Shown: piece by piece, positions 17,114 to 25,498 of the stretch
Layout: each line of letters opens with the position of its first letter
How positions within the stretch are numbered: the stretch's first letter is position 1
Source: Candidatus Omnitrophota bacterium
GTDB taxonomy: Bacteria; Omnitrophota; Gorgyraeia; 2-01-FULL-45-10
Assembly (NCBI GenBank): GCA_023818895.1
Contig: JAMWCX010000001.1
Span: 599,789 to 631,788 of the forward strand
Length of the DNA stretch: 32,000 nt
Direction: 5' to 3'
Notes under the pieces: model-generated
What the model saw: the letters and a program-made list of their open reading frames with translations, nothing else
Told to the model about the DNA's origin: nothing
Database searches by the model: none
Made by a program: the position numbers and the translations under genes

Positions 17114-17209
17114 AAATCCAAAAATCAAAATCCAAAAATCAAAATCATAGACAAATATCCCAAGTTTTTAATTTTAGGTTGTCGTTTTAATGCTTTGATT
17201 TTTGGATTT
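17114..17209. repeat. 14-bp unit in tandem (2.4 copies) plus a perfect inverted copy, bridging the rmlA 3' end and the rmlB start
   Basis: The unit aaatccaaaaatca occurs at 17114-17127 and again at 17128-17141, with a partial aaatca at 17142-17147. Its exact reverse complement tgatttttggattt is at 17196-17209, inside the last codons of rmlA (encoding KSKNQ). The tandem copies end 6 nt upstream of the rmlB ATG at 17108. Confidence 0.8.
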
Positions 17210-17938
17210 AGGATTATTCTCCTTCCTGGCAACGAGATTGTTCGCCCTCAAAAGCGACTCGAATGTCCCTGCGTCCGTCCACCACCCATCCATCACGCTG
17301 TATTCAAGCTGGCCCATTTTGAGATAGGCGTTATTGACGTCCGTTATTTCCAGCTCGCCGCGGCCGGAGGGCTTGAGCGTCTTGATTATATCAAAGACCT
17401 TGTTGTCATACATGTATATGCCGGTCACCGCGTATTTTGACTTCGGCCTCCTCGGCTTTTCCTCTATCGAGACTATCTTCTTACCTTTAAAACCGACCAC
17501 GCCGAAACGTTCAGGATCCGGCACCTCTTTTATAAGTATCCTCGCCCCGCGGCCCTGAGCCCTAAAGGCGTCTACATGCCTTTTGATGCTTCTCTCCACG
17601 ATATTATCACCCAGGATTACAACGATGTTATCATCATCGGCAAAATATCTGGCAAGACTGAGCGCGTCGGCTATCCCGCCCTCCCCTTCCTGATAGGTAT
17701 AATTGATATGTTTGAGACCGAACTCCTTTCCGTTGCCGAGAAGCCGCAGAAACTCTCCAGCATGCATACCGCCGGTCACTATCAGTATATCCTTTATACC
17801 TGCGTCAACCAGCGTCTGAATTGGGTAATATATCATCGGTTTGCAGAAAACAGGGAGCAGATGCTTATTGGTAATCTTGGTTAGGGGATATAATCTCGTG
17901 CCAAGCCCGCCGGCAAGTATCACGCCCTTTAGGCCCAT
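17174..17938 (-). CDS. rfbA: Glucose-1-phosphate thymidylyltransferase (short form)
   Basis: 254 aa. KGVILAGGLGTRLYPLTKITNKHLLPV is the nucleotidyltransferase signature. The C-terminal tail KENNPKSKNQSIKTTT is atypical and is partly encoded by the inverted repeat. Confidence 0.88.
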   Translation of the reverse strand: MGLKGVILAGGLGTRLYPLTKITNKHLLPVFCKPMIYYPIQTLVDAGIKDILIVTGGMHAGEFLRLLGNGKEFGLKHINYTYQEGEGGIADALSLARYFADDDNIVVILGDNIVERSIKRHVDAFRAQGRGARILIKEVPDPERFGVVGFKGKKIVSIEEKPRRPKSKYAVTGIYMYDNKVFDIIKTLKPSGRGELEITDVNNAYLKMGQLEYSVMDGWWTDAGTFESLLRANNLVARKENNPKSKNQSIKTTT

Positions 17939-17941
17939 ATG

Positions 17942-18388
17942 CTATTTTCTCCAATCATAGGGAATATCGTTCTGGTAGGCGTCCACCCTGAATTCATCGG
18001 GTTCCTTTCGGTTATAGGGTATGGTGACTGTGTTTATCACAATCGCCTCGGTATCGCCTACACACTTGAAACCGTGATATACCTCTTTAGGTATATGCAC
18101 CAACATAGGATCATCGAGGCTGATTAGGAAGTCGTTGATCTCGCCGAATGTGGGAGAGGCCTTTCGCGCGTCATAAAGGGCGAGCCTCATTTTACCGGCT
18201 ATACACGTGAAGTTATCATCTTGTTTTTTATGGTAGTGCCAGGCCTTTACGACACCAGGATACGCTGTCGTCATATAAACTTGCCCGAATTTTTCGAACA
18301 TGGGGTCGTCAGCCCTCAATATCTCCATGAGCCTACCACGCTCATCCGGTATGAGCTTCAGTTTTTTGACCTTTACTCCATCTATCAT
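17942..18388 (-). CDS. dTDP-4-dehydrorhamnose 3,5-epimerase-like cupin (short form)
   Basis: 148 aa. The RmlC-like pattern is present: IPDERGRLMEIL, VKAWHYHKKQ, and HIPKEVYHGF. It is shorter than canonical RmlC. The start overlaps the ugd stop (TAATG). Confidence 0.75.
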   Translation of the reverse strand: MIDGVKVKKLKLIPDERGRLMEILRADDPMFEKFGQVYMTTAYPGVVKAWHYHKKQDDNFTCIAGKMRLALYDARKASPTFGEINDFLISLDDPMLVHIPKEVYHGFKCVGDTEAIVINTVTIPYNRKEPDEFRVDAYQNDIPYDWRK

Positions 18389-19683
18389 TATCTTCTACCT
18401 ATTCCAGTGTAATTGAACCCGAGTTTCTTCATATCGTCAGGATTATAGATGTTCCTGCCATCTATGATCACTGCCTGCCTCATAAGCCTCTTTATCTTTT
18501 TAAAATCAAGTTCTTTAAATTCGTTCCATTCGGTCGCTATCACAAGGCAATCGCTCTGCCTCGCGGTTTCGTACGCATCTTTGCAGAATTTCACGCCGTG
18601 TTTCAATACGGCCTTGGCCTTGGGCATGGCCACAGGATCATAAACTTTTACCTTGACCTTTTGCCCGACGAGCGCCGATATTATATCAAAAGCCGGAGCG
18701 TTCCTGATATCGTCCGTGTTGGGCTTGAAAGAAAGCCCCAATACGCCGACCACCTTATCAGGCAGATTCCACAAACGCTCCTCTATCCTTTTTATGACAA
18801 GCGCCTTCTGGTCCCTGTTTATCTTCGCGACTTCTTTAAGAAGAGCGAAATCATATCCTGCCCGCTCAGCCATCTTTATGAACGCCGTAAGGTCTTTTGG
18901 AAAACAAGAACCGCCGAAACCGATACCGGCGGCCAGAAACTTTTCTCCTATCCTTTTGTCAAGTCCCATCCCTTTCGCCACTTCGACCACATCCGCGCCT
19001 ATCCTGTCACAGATATCAGAAACAGCGTTTATAAAAGATATCTTCATTGCAAGAAATGAATTTGAAGCGTGCTTTATTATTTCCGCGGACTTTATATCGG
19101 TAACTATTATTGGCGCCTTAAGCGGCCTGTAAAGCTTGGTCAGTATATCGCGCGCTTTGCTTGAGCTTACGCCTATAACTATCCTGTCAGGATTCATGAA
19201 GTCCTCGATGGCCGACCCCTCCCTTAGAAACTCCGGGTTTGAGGCGACATCGAACTTGATATTATGCTTGTTGAAAGTCTTTATGGTACGTTCTACCCAC
19301 TCACCGGTGTTTACAGGGACGGTGGATTTTTCCACCACAAGTTTATAAGAACGCATGGAGAGGGCGATCTCTTTAGAGACTTTCTCTACATAAACAAGAT
19401 CTGCCTCGCCGTTTTCCTTCGGTGGGGTATTCACCGCTATAAAGATGATATCAGAACGGTTAACGCTTTCCTTCAGGTTTGTAGTGAAAGAGAGCCGGGA
19501 TTCCTTGACATTTCGCTTTATCAGATCGGATAACCCCGGCTCATATATGGGCATACGGTTGGCCTTTAGATCCTTTATCTTGGCCGCATTGTTATCAACG
19601 CATATAACTTTGTTGCCCAGGTCGGCAAAACACGCGCCGGTGACTAAGCCCACATAGCCTGAGCCTATTAGAGATATATTCAC
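18388..19683 (-). CDS. ugd: UDP-glucose 6-dehydrogenase
   Basis: 431 aa. The motifs are ISLIGSGYVGLVTGACFADLGN, NPEFLREGSA, and the catalytic context GFGGSCFPKD. The start codon is GTG, with an AAGAGGG Shine-Dalgarno sequence upstream. Confidence 0.92.
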   Translation of the reverse strand: MNISLIGSGYVGLVTGACFADLGNKVICVDNNAAKIKDLKANRMPIYEPGLSDLIKRNVKESRLSFTTNLKESVNRSDIIFIAVNTPPKENGEADLVYVEKVSKEIALSMRSYKLVVEKSTVPVNTGEWVERTIKTFNKHNIKFDVASNPEFLREGSAIEDFMNPDRIVIGVSSSKARDILTKLYRPLKAPIIVTDIKSAEIIKHASNSFLAMKISFINAVSDICDRIGADVVEVAKGMGLDKRIGEKFLAAGIGFGGSCFPKDLTAFIKMAERAGYDFALLKEVAKINRDQKALVIKRIEERLWNLPDKVVGVLGLSFKPNTDDIRNAPAFDIISALVGQKVKVKVYDPVAMPKAKAVLKHGVKFCKDAYETARQSDCLVIATEWNEFKELDFKKIKRLMRQAVIIDGRNIYNPDDMKKLGFNYTGIGRR

Positions 19684-19747
19684 TCAAGCCCTCTTTCCGC
19701 CCGCCACAAAATACGGACTTTTTTCGTCATTAGACTTATTTCTGAAA

Positions 19748-19777
19748 ATTATATCATAATATAAATAATATACTCAA
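19748..19777 (-). promoter_or_regulatory. Putative sigma70-type promoter for the ugd-rml nucleotide-sugar block
   Basis: Read on the minus strand: TTGAGT (19777..19772), an 18-nt spacer, then TATAAT (19753..19748). It lies about 65 nt upstream of the ugd start, in the 139-nt AT-rich gap after the lptD stop. Confidence 0.45.
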
Positions 19778-19822
19778 GTGAAAAATAGGCCGACCGAATA
19801 GGCAATGGCCCAACGAAGAAGA

Positions 19823-22006
19823 TTACTGCTCTCTTCCCGCCTGGCCAAAACTCGGCTTGGAGTAGGTCTGCTGCAGGCCGATGGGATAATCTGGGAAGGC
19901 CTTAAGCTTCATGACAAAATAAAGGCCCTGTGTGGTGAGATTATTGCCGATGCTATAAGTAAGTTCGGCTATCCAGCAGTGAAGATCCCTGGATATCGTA
20001 TACTGCATCTCTTCCAGCTTTTTTGAGAAGAGGTCAAACCTTTCGTAAGCCCGCAACGACCATTTGTCATTGATCTTATACCTGATGTCCATCGTAACAA
20101 GCGTGCTATGGAGACTTTCGGTATCTTCATATCTAAGGCCTGCCGCGACCGACCACTTTTCATCCTGATGGGCGACGATATCTACAGCCATCTGGTCTAT
20201 AAGGTACTTCTTCGTATTTACATGGGCCGTTGCCACCGAATACAGCCATGAGTATGGTATGAGCTCCAGCCTGAAGTCTATCCCATCGAATTTGTTCGAT
20301 TTAAGAGCGAGGCTGTCCTGCTTCAGGCGGAACATATAATCCGTACTTACAATTAACGTGGCAAGATCAACCGACTTCATGTTATCGGCCTCGCCCCGTT
20401 TGGTCTGGAGCCTGTTCTCCAGAGCCAGTTTTATACCGTTAGCCGTGTCTATCGCGTCAATATTGTCAAACTGGTTGAGGTTATCCGGGGATATCGTTGG
20501 TTGATGTGTATGATAATATTTCGCTGACGGTGTTATCACATGGCGCAATTTATGTATATCAAGACCCATGAAGTTTGATTCAACATCATAGACTTTATAA
20601 AGCTTCATGGAAGCATCGACACCTTCGCTGAATGCCACACGGGTAAGGTTGGTGTCCCCCCACTTATTTCTTGAATAATATGTTGTGCGCACCCCTGCAT
20701 ATGGCCTCACACTCACAGCTTTGAAAAATCTCGCTGCATATGATATCTCGTTATAGGCGTCAAAACGTATTGTGCTCACGTCTTTTTGCGGAGGGACTGT
20801 CGCCGGATAGGCATGATTTAAATATACGCCGCTTGCGTTGGCAGTGTAGTAAAAATTTGTGTTCATGATCTTGTAGTTTAAGATATCTATCTTGTATTCC
20901 GGCAGCCTTTCAACCACATCGTAAAATTTATTAAAACGTTTTCGGAATAAAAGTTGGGTCGTATAGTCGCGCTTCGCGGTAACCACGGATATATAGTTAT
21001 CGGGATGAGAACCAAGCTCCTCATACTCATTGTAAAAGTAATCCTTTATTACGTCAGGGTCGCTTAAGTAGTTGAACTCGACGATGGCGCTCGTATCAAG
21101 GTCCTTCATATCCCAGCGGTGCCTGTACTGGTAACGGTACCGTCTTAACTGCTCCCCGCTCTTATCGAAGGCAAGATTGTTATTCTCCTCGGTATAATAG
21201 AACTTGAACGCCCCCTTGCCTATATCCTTATTATTGAGATAATGGTTAACACCGACGGCGAGGCCTTTCTTTGAACGGTAATCGAGGAGAGCGTCGCCCT
21301 TCGAATCATCGTTGATATAATATCTGTAGGCAGTTAAGGCGTAATAACCCCAATCTTTGCTCTGGCCGGGTATGACGGTTATATGCGTCTTGCGCTCTTT
21401 GCCCAATGGCTGCACATAATACGGAAGCCAGGCTATGGGAAAGTCACCTACCAGGAATAACACGTTCTTGGCGACTATCTTTTCATCCAAATATAGAGTG
21501 ACCTGCTGTGCCTGTATGCGGTAATGCGGCTTGTCATAATCGCAGGTGGTTACATAGCCGTTATTCATCGAATACTCGTCTTTGTCGGCGACCTTGGCAA
21601 GGTCCTCAGCCCTGCCGTAGAAGGGCCTAGCGTTCAGATAACCATTCGTGACGGAACCTCTGCGCGATTCGAAATTATAAATGATCCTGTCGCCGGTGAA
21701 GTAGGCGTCTTTCTGGGTAATCTTTACGTTGCCGACTGCCTCGGCATCATGCGTCTCCAAGTTTACGACAACCTTGTCGCAGGTGAGCACGATGTCGTGG
21801 TAGGTGATGGATATATTGCCGGTGCCTATGACCTCTTTTTTATCCTGAAGATACTCGACCCTATCGCCGTTTACAACGATGGGCTCTTTGGAAGAGGAAC
21901 CTTGTGCGGAGGCGCATGATACAGAAAGAAAAAACATTGCCGCGCAACACGAGCACCATGAAGCTAGAAACCTTAATATATGGGTTTTATTATTTCTTGG
22001 GGACAC
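19823..22006 (-). CDS. lptD: LPS-assembly outer-membrane protein LptD (OstA family)
   Basis: 727 aa. A signal-peptide-like N-terminus ends in SCASAQG. An OstA-like N-terminal beta-jellyroll repeat follows ([10 protein letters not shown]...GNISITY...GNVKITQ...FTGDRIIYN). The long C-terminal region is rich in aromatic residues and looks like a beta-barrel. The start codon is uncertain (GTG at 22006 or an internal Met). Confidence 0.8.
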   Translation of the reverse strand: MSPRNNKTHILRFLASWCSCCAAMFFLSVSCASAQGSSSKEPIVVNGDRVEYLQDKKEVIGTGNISITYHDIVLTCDKVVVNLETHDAEAVGNVKITQKDAYFTGDRIIYNFESRRGSVTNGYLNARPFYGRAEDLAKVADKDEYSMNNGYVTTCDYDKPHYRIQAQQVTLYLDEKIVAKNVLFLVGDFPIAWLPYYVQPLGKERKTHITVIPGQSKDWGYYALTAYRYYINDDSKGDALLDYRSKKGLAVGVNHYLNNKDIGKGAFKFYYTEENNNLAFDKSGEQLRRYRYQYRHRWDMKDLDTSAIVEFNYLSDPDVIKDYFYNEYEELGSHPDNYISVVTAKRDYTTQLLFRKRFNKFYDVVERLPEYKIDILNYKIMNTNFYYTANASGVYLNHAYPATVPPQKDVSTIRFDAYNEISYAARFFKAVSVRPYAGVRTTYYSRNKWGDTNLTRVAFSEGVDASMKLYKVYDVESNFMGLDIHKLRHVITPSAKYYHTHQPTISPDNLNQFDNIDAIDTANGIKLALENRLQTKRGEADNMKSVDLATLIVSTDYMFRLKQDSLALKSNKFDGIDFRLELIPYSWLYSVATAHVNTKKYLIDQMAVDIVAHQDEKWSVAAGLRYEDTESLHSTLVTMDIRYKINDKWSLRAYERFDLFSKKLEEMQYTISRDLHCWIAELTYSIGNNLTTQGLYFVMKLKAFPDYPIGLQQTYSKPSFGQAGREQ

Positions 22007-22637
22007 TTTGCCAGTCCTTGAGGAATTTTTCGATGCCTATATCGGTCAATGGATGTCTAACGAGCGCCATTATCACAGAATATGGCACAGTGGCTATGTC
22101 CGCTCCTGCTTTTGCGGCTTCGAGAACATGTATTGGATTTCTTACACTGGCCACTATTATTTGGGTATTGAAACCATAGTTTGAGAAGATGGCCTTTATG
22201 TCACGCACCAGGTCCATTCCGATCTCGCTTATATCATCGAGCCTGCCTATGAACGGGCTCACATAGGTCGCGCCGGCCTTTGCGGCAAGCAACGCCTGCG
22301 TAGGCGAGAAACATAGCGTAAGGTTGGTCTTTATGCCTTCGGAGGACAGAGTTTTAGTCACCTTCAGGCCTTCCGGCGTTATTGGTATCTTTATGACTAT
22401 ATTTTTATGGATCGCCGCAAGGGTCCTTGCCTCTTTAATCATCTCATTCGCCTTGAGACTGACCACTTCCGCACTTATGGGGCCGTCTACAACGGAACAG
22501 ATCTCTTTGACCACCGCTATAAAGTCCCTACCCTCCCTTGCGACAAGGGTGGGATTCGTCGTCACGCCATCTATTATACCGAGAGAATTGGCGTCCCTGA
22601 TTTCGTTTATATTCGCCGTATCTATGAATATTTTCAT
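21990..22637 (-). CDS. tal: Transaldolase (short type 3B) / fructose-6-phosphate aldolase
   Basis: 215 aa. [31 protein letters not shown] is the hallmark N-terminus. The Schiff-base Lys context is IVIKIP. Confidence 0.9.
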   Translation of the reverse strand: MKIFIDTANINEIRDANSLGIIDGVTTNPTLVAREGRDFIAVVKEICSVVDGPISAEVVSLKANEMIKEARTLAAIHKNIVIKIPITPEGLKVTKTLSSEGIKTNLTLCFSPTQALLAAKAGATYVSPFIGRLDDISEIGMDLVRDIKAIFSNYGFNTQIIVASVRNPIHVLEAAKAGADIATVPYSVIMALVRHPLTDIGIEKFLKDWQSVPKK

Positions 22638-22643
22638 TTTAGG

Positions 22644-24059
22644 TTAAGTTGTAATATTATACTCTTTTTTGAATTTGCACACAACATTTTTGCCAGATTT
22701 TTTTGCTTCATAAAGGGCCTTGTCGGCCATCTCTATAAGGCTGTCTATATCTGCCGCGTCCTGTGGGTATACCGAAAACCCAACACTAACCGTAAGCCTT
22801 AGCCTTTCGTCATAAGCCTTGAAGATGTTCTCCTGGATCTTGGCTCGCAGGCGTTCAGCCACCAGGCGCGCGTTTTCTTCCGCTGTCTCAGGGAGGACAA
22901 TAGCTATCTCCTCTCCGCCGTAACGCGCCACTATATCTATTTCACGAACGTTTTCCTTGATTATATGGGCTATCTCTTTAAGAACAAAATCCCCGACGAG
23001 ATGGCCGTACCTGTCGTTACATTGCTTGAAGTCGTCTATGTCCAGCATAAGGATGGCAAAAGGAAAGCCGTGCCTTTTGGACCTTTGCAGTTCTTCCGTA
23101 AATCGCTCATAAAAATAGCGCCTTACGTAAAGCCCTGTGAGCGAATCAGTTATAGCCATTTTTTCGACTATTTCATAAAGTAGAACCTTTTTTATCTCTA
23201 GGGCAAACTGCATCGAGACTATAACGAATCTCTCGAGATCGCTCTTGGGCAGGTTCTCAACGACCAGCATCCCAACCATCTTTTTTTCGCTCAGAAGCGG
23301 GATAACCGCCAGCGTTTTTACAACAGCTGTGTCCAAGCCGAGACCCTCTAAAATATGGCTGTCATTATCGGCGGTAAAAAAGATGTCTCTAAAGCCTCCT
23401 AAAAAAAGGCCTATGAGCCTGTTAAGATCGATGCGCTTTCCGCTGCCGGTTTTTTCGTCATCACCCCAGACGCTATATTCTCTTTCGATTACCGCCTTAT
23501 CGCCCTCACGACCGAGTATAAGGAGATCGCACTTGCGAAAATCGAAGTTGTCCTTAAGTGAGGATGTGAAAGCCGCGAAGATATCCTCGAACTTAAGATG
23601 TTCGGACATCTTCCTGGTTATCTCGTAAAGATTTACGATGGAAGACTCTTTTGCCTTTATGCCGCTCTCGAATCTTGAGGCCTTTTCTAGTTCTTCTGAA
23701 AGGGCCGATTTCCTCCCCTCCATACCTTTCAATTCAACGGCCCTGCGCTTATTCTCGTAACGGAATATACGATTATGCCACATAAAGATGAGGACTAGAA
23801 TATTAAAGATAAAGACTGGAAATGCGGCGTTAATAGGATCCGTGTGGTAGATAAAGGCAAACAGGACACACGCCACAAACCAAGAACAAACGATCAGGAT
23901 AAGTGAAAAACTTTCAGTGAAGACATATCCGGCCGGAGCTATCATAAGAAAAAGGAAATTGACGGCTGCATAAGGTATGACACCCTTTTCGTAAAGGATG
24001 TGGAATGTACCGAGCGCCGCCGGTATGAAAAAGGCGTATAATATTCTCAATTTGAACAA
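22644..24059 (-). CDS. Membrane diguanylate cyclase, TM region - coiled coil - GAF-like - GGDEF (I-site RxxD present)
   Basis: 471 aa. The first roughly 95 residues are hydrophobic. The GGDEF domain has RYGGEEIAIVL, preceded by REID five residues upstream. The start codon is TTG, with an AAGGGAGAG Shine-Dalgarno sequence upstream. Confidence 0.85.
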   Translation of the reverse strand: MFKLRILYAFFIPAALGTFHILYEKGVIPYAAVNFLFLMIAPAGYVFTESFSLILIVCSWFVACVLFAFIYHTDPINAAFPVFIFNILVLIFMWHNRIFRYENKRRAVELKGMEGRKSALSEELEKASRFESGIKAKESSIVNLYEITRKMSEHLKFEDIFAAFTSSLKDNFDFRKCDLLILGREGDKAVIEREYSVWGDDEKTGSGKRIDLNRLIGLFLGGFRDIFFTADNDSHILEGLGLDTAVVKTLAVIPLLSEKKMVGMLVVENLPKSDLERFVIVSMQFALEIKKVLLYEIVEKMAITDSLTGLYVRRYFYERFTEELQRSKRHGFPFAILMLDIDDFKQCNDRYGHLVGDFVLKEIAHIIKENVREIDIVARYGGEEIAIVLPETAEENARLVAERLRAKIQENIFKAYDERLRLTVSVGFSVYPQDAADIDSLIEMADKALYEAKKSGKNVVCKFKKEYNITT

Positions 24060-25480
24060 ACCTGGTCTCTCCCTTGGGATTTGGCCTTGTATAACCTCAT
24101 ATCCGCGACCCTGATCATCTCTTCCTCTGAAAGTGCGTCATCTGGATAAGTAGAAACTCCTATCGAGACGGTCAGGCTCGCTTCCTCGCGCCGCAACGTC
24201 AGCGGCTTCTCTTTTATAAGAGCGCGTATCTTGTCGGCTTCGGCCGCGGCCTCTTCCCTGCCTCTACCATACAAAAGTATAGCTATCTCTTCCCCTCCGT
24301 ACCTGCCAACAACATCATCTTCGTGAACATATGCACTTATTGACTTGGCCAGATGCTTCAATATCAGGTCACCGGCGGTATGGCCAAATTTATCGTTGTA
24401 TTCCTTGAAGTGATCTATGTCAAGCATCAGCAAAGAAAGTTTTTCCCGCTTCCTGGAAGCTCTTTTTATCTCACGATGCAGGCTCTCCATAAAGAATCTG
24501 CGCACCTTAAGGCCGGTCAGGCTGTCTCTTATGGCAAGCTCCTGTGTCCTGGCATACAAATAGGCATTCTCCACCGCCACGGCACCAAGGTTCGCGATGA
24601 TATCCAAAAGCCGGAGGTCGTCCTGCGTGTAAGCCAGCTCCATAGGGCTATCCATCCGCAGGATTCCAATGATCTTATTTTCGCTGACAAGCGGCGTGGC
24701 TATGAGCGACCTGAACGTAGTCCTTGCGGCATCGGCTTCGCTCACGGGAAAACGGAAGTCCCTTGCGACATCTTCTATGATGAGGGACTTTCTGTGTCGC
24801 AAAACCCAGAGATCGAATATGTCGCCTTTCTTGGTCTTTATCACCGCTTCGTCCTGCGTGCTTGAGGACGACAGCATCAGTTCCTGCCTTTCCATGTCGA
24901 CGAGAAAAAGGAGCACCCTGCCGGCTTTCCCGATCGTGCTCAAGACCTTTTTTATTATCAACGATCCGATATCCTCAAGCGATAGGACAGTGCTAAAGGA
25001 CTCGGCAACCTCCTTTAGCATCGAATACCTCGCGAGCTTTTCCTCGAATGACTTGATAGTTTTGTTTCTCTGCTTTATCTCCTCCAGTAGTATATTTATC
25101 TCCTCATCCAACTTTTCTGATTTAAGAACATAGAGTTGATCCAGCCTATGTTTCTCTCTGCAAAACAAATACCCTAGAAAGGCCGTAAGGAAGAAAGGCG
25201 CGGCGAATATATGATATCCGCAAAACCCCATTCTGAAGTCCAGCAACAGCACAAGAAGAAACGAAATTAACGTCATCGATACGCCGCCGACTACGCCGAA
25301 TCCGACCCATGCCAGAAGAATCGGCGCGTTAAAGGCCGAGATAGCAGTCACCATCAGTGTCTGATGGGAAGGCTCCTGGGAATTAACTTTAAAAGAGATA
25401 GCGGAGGAAAGATAAAAGAAAGCGGCAAACAGAATAAGCGATACAGCACCGGCAATAGGTCTACTGCGGAAAAATATCAT
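24047..25480 (-). CDS. Membrane diguanylate cyclase, TM region - coiled coil - GAF - GGDEF (I-site degenerate)
   Basis: 477 aa. It has the same architecture as its neighbour. The active site reads RYGGEEIAILL. The I-site position reads HEDD, with no Arg. It overlaps the paralog by 13 nt. Confidence 0.85.
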   Translation of the reverse strand: MIFFRSRPIAGAVSLILFAAFFYLSSAISFKVNSQEPSHQTLMVTAISAFNAPILLAWVGFGVVGGVSMTLISFLLVLLLDFRMGFCGYHIFAAPFFLTAFLGYLFCREKHRLDQLYVLKSEKLDEEINILLEEIKQRNKTIKSFEEKLARYSMLKEVAESFSTVLSLEDIGSLIIKKVLSTIGKAGRVLLFLVDMERQELMLSSSSTQDEAVIKTKKGDIFDLWVLRHRKSLIIEDVARDFRFPVSEADAARTTFRSLIATPLVSENKIIGILRMDSPMELAYTQDDLRLLDIIANLGAVAVENAYLYARTQELAIRDSLTGLKVRRFFMESLHREIKRASRKREKLSLLMLDIDHFKEYNDKFGHTAGDLILKHLAKSISAYVHEDDVVGRYGGEEIAILLYGRGREEAAAEADKIRALIKEKPLTLRREEASLTVSIGVSTYPDDALSEEEMIRVADMRLYKAKSQGRDQVCSN

Positions 25481-25498
25481 GGTCTATCAAAAACTACA

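Noticed and set aside
19781-19822. Possible intrinsic terminator after lptD (ggcc...ggcc followed by tattttt on the minus strand)
   Set aside because: The stem is only 4 bp with a 15-nt loop, which is far too weak to call. Termination here remains possible, but the sequence does not support it.
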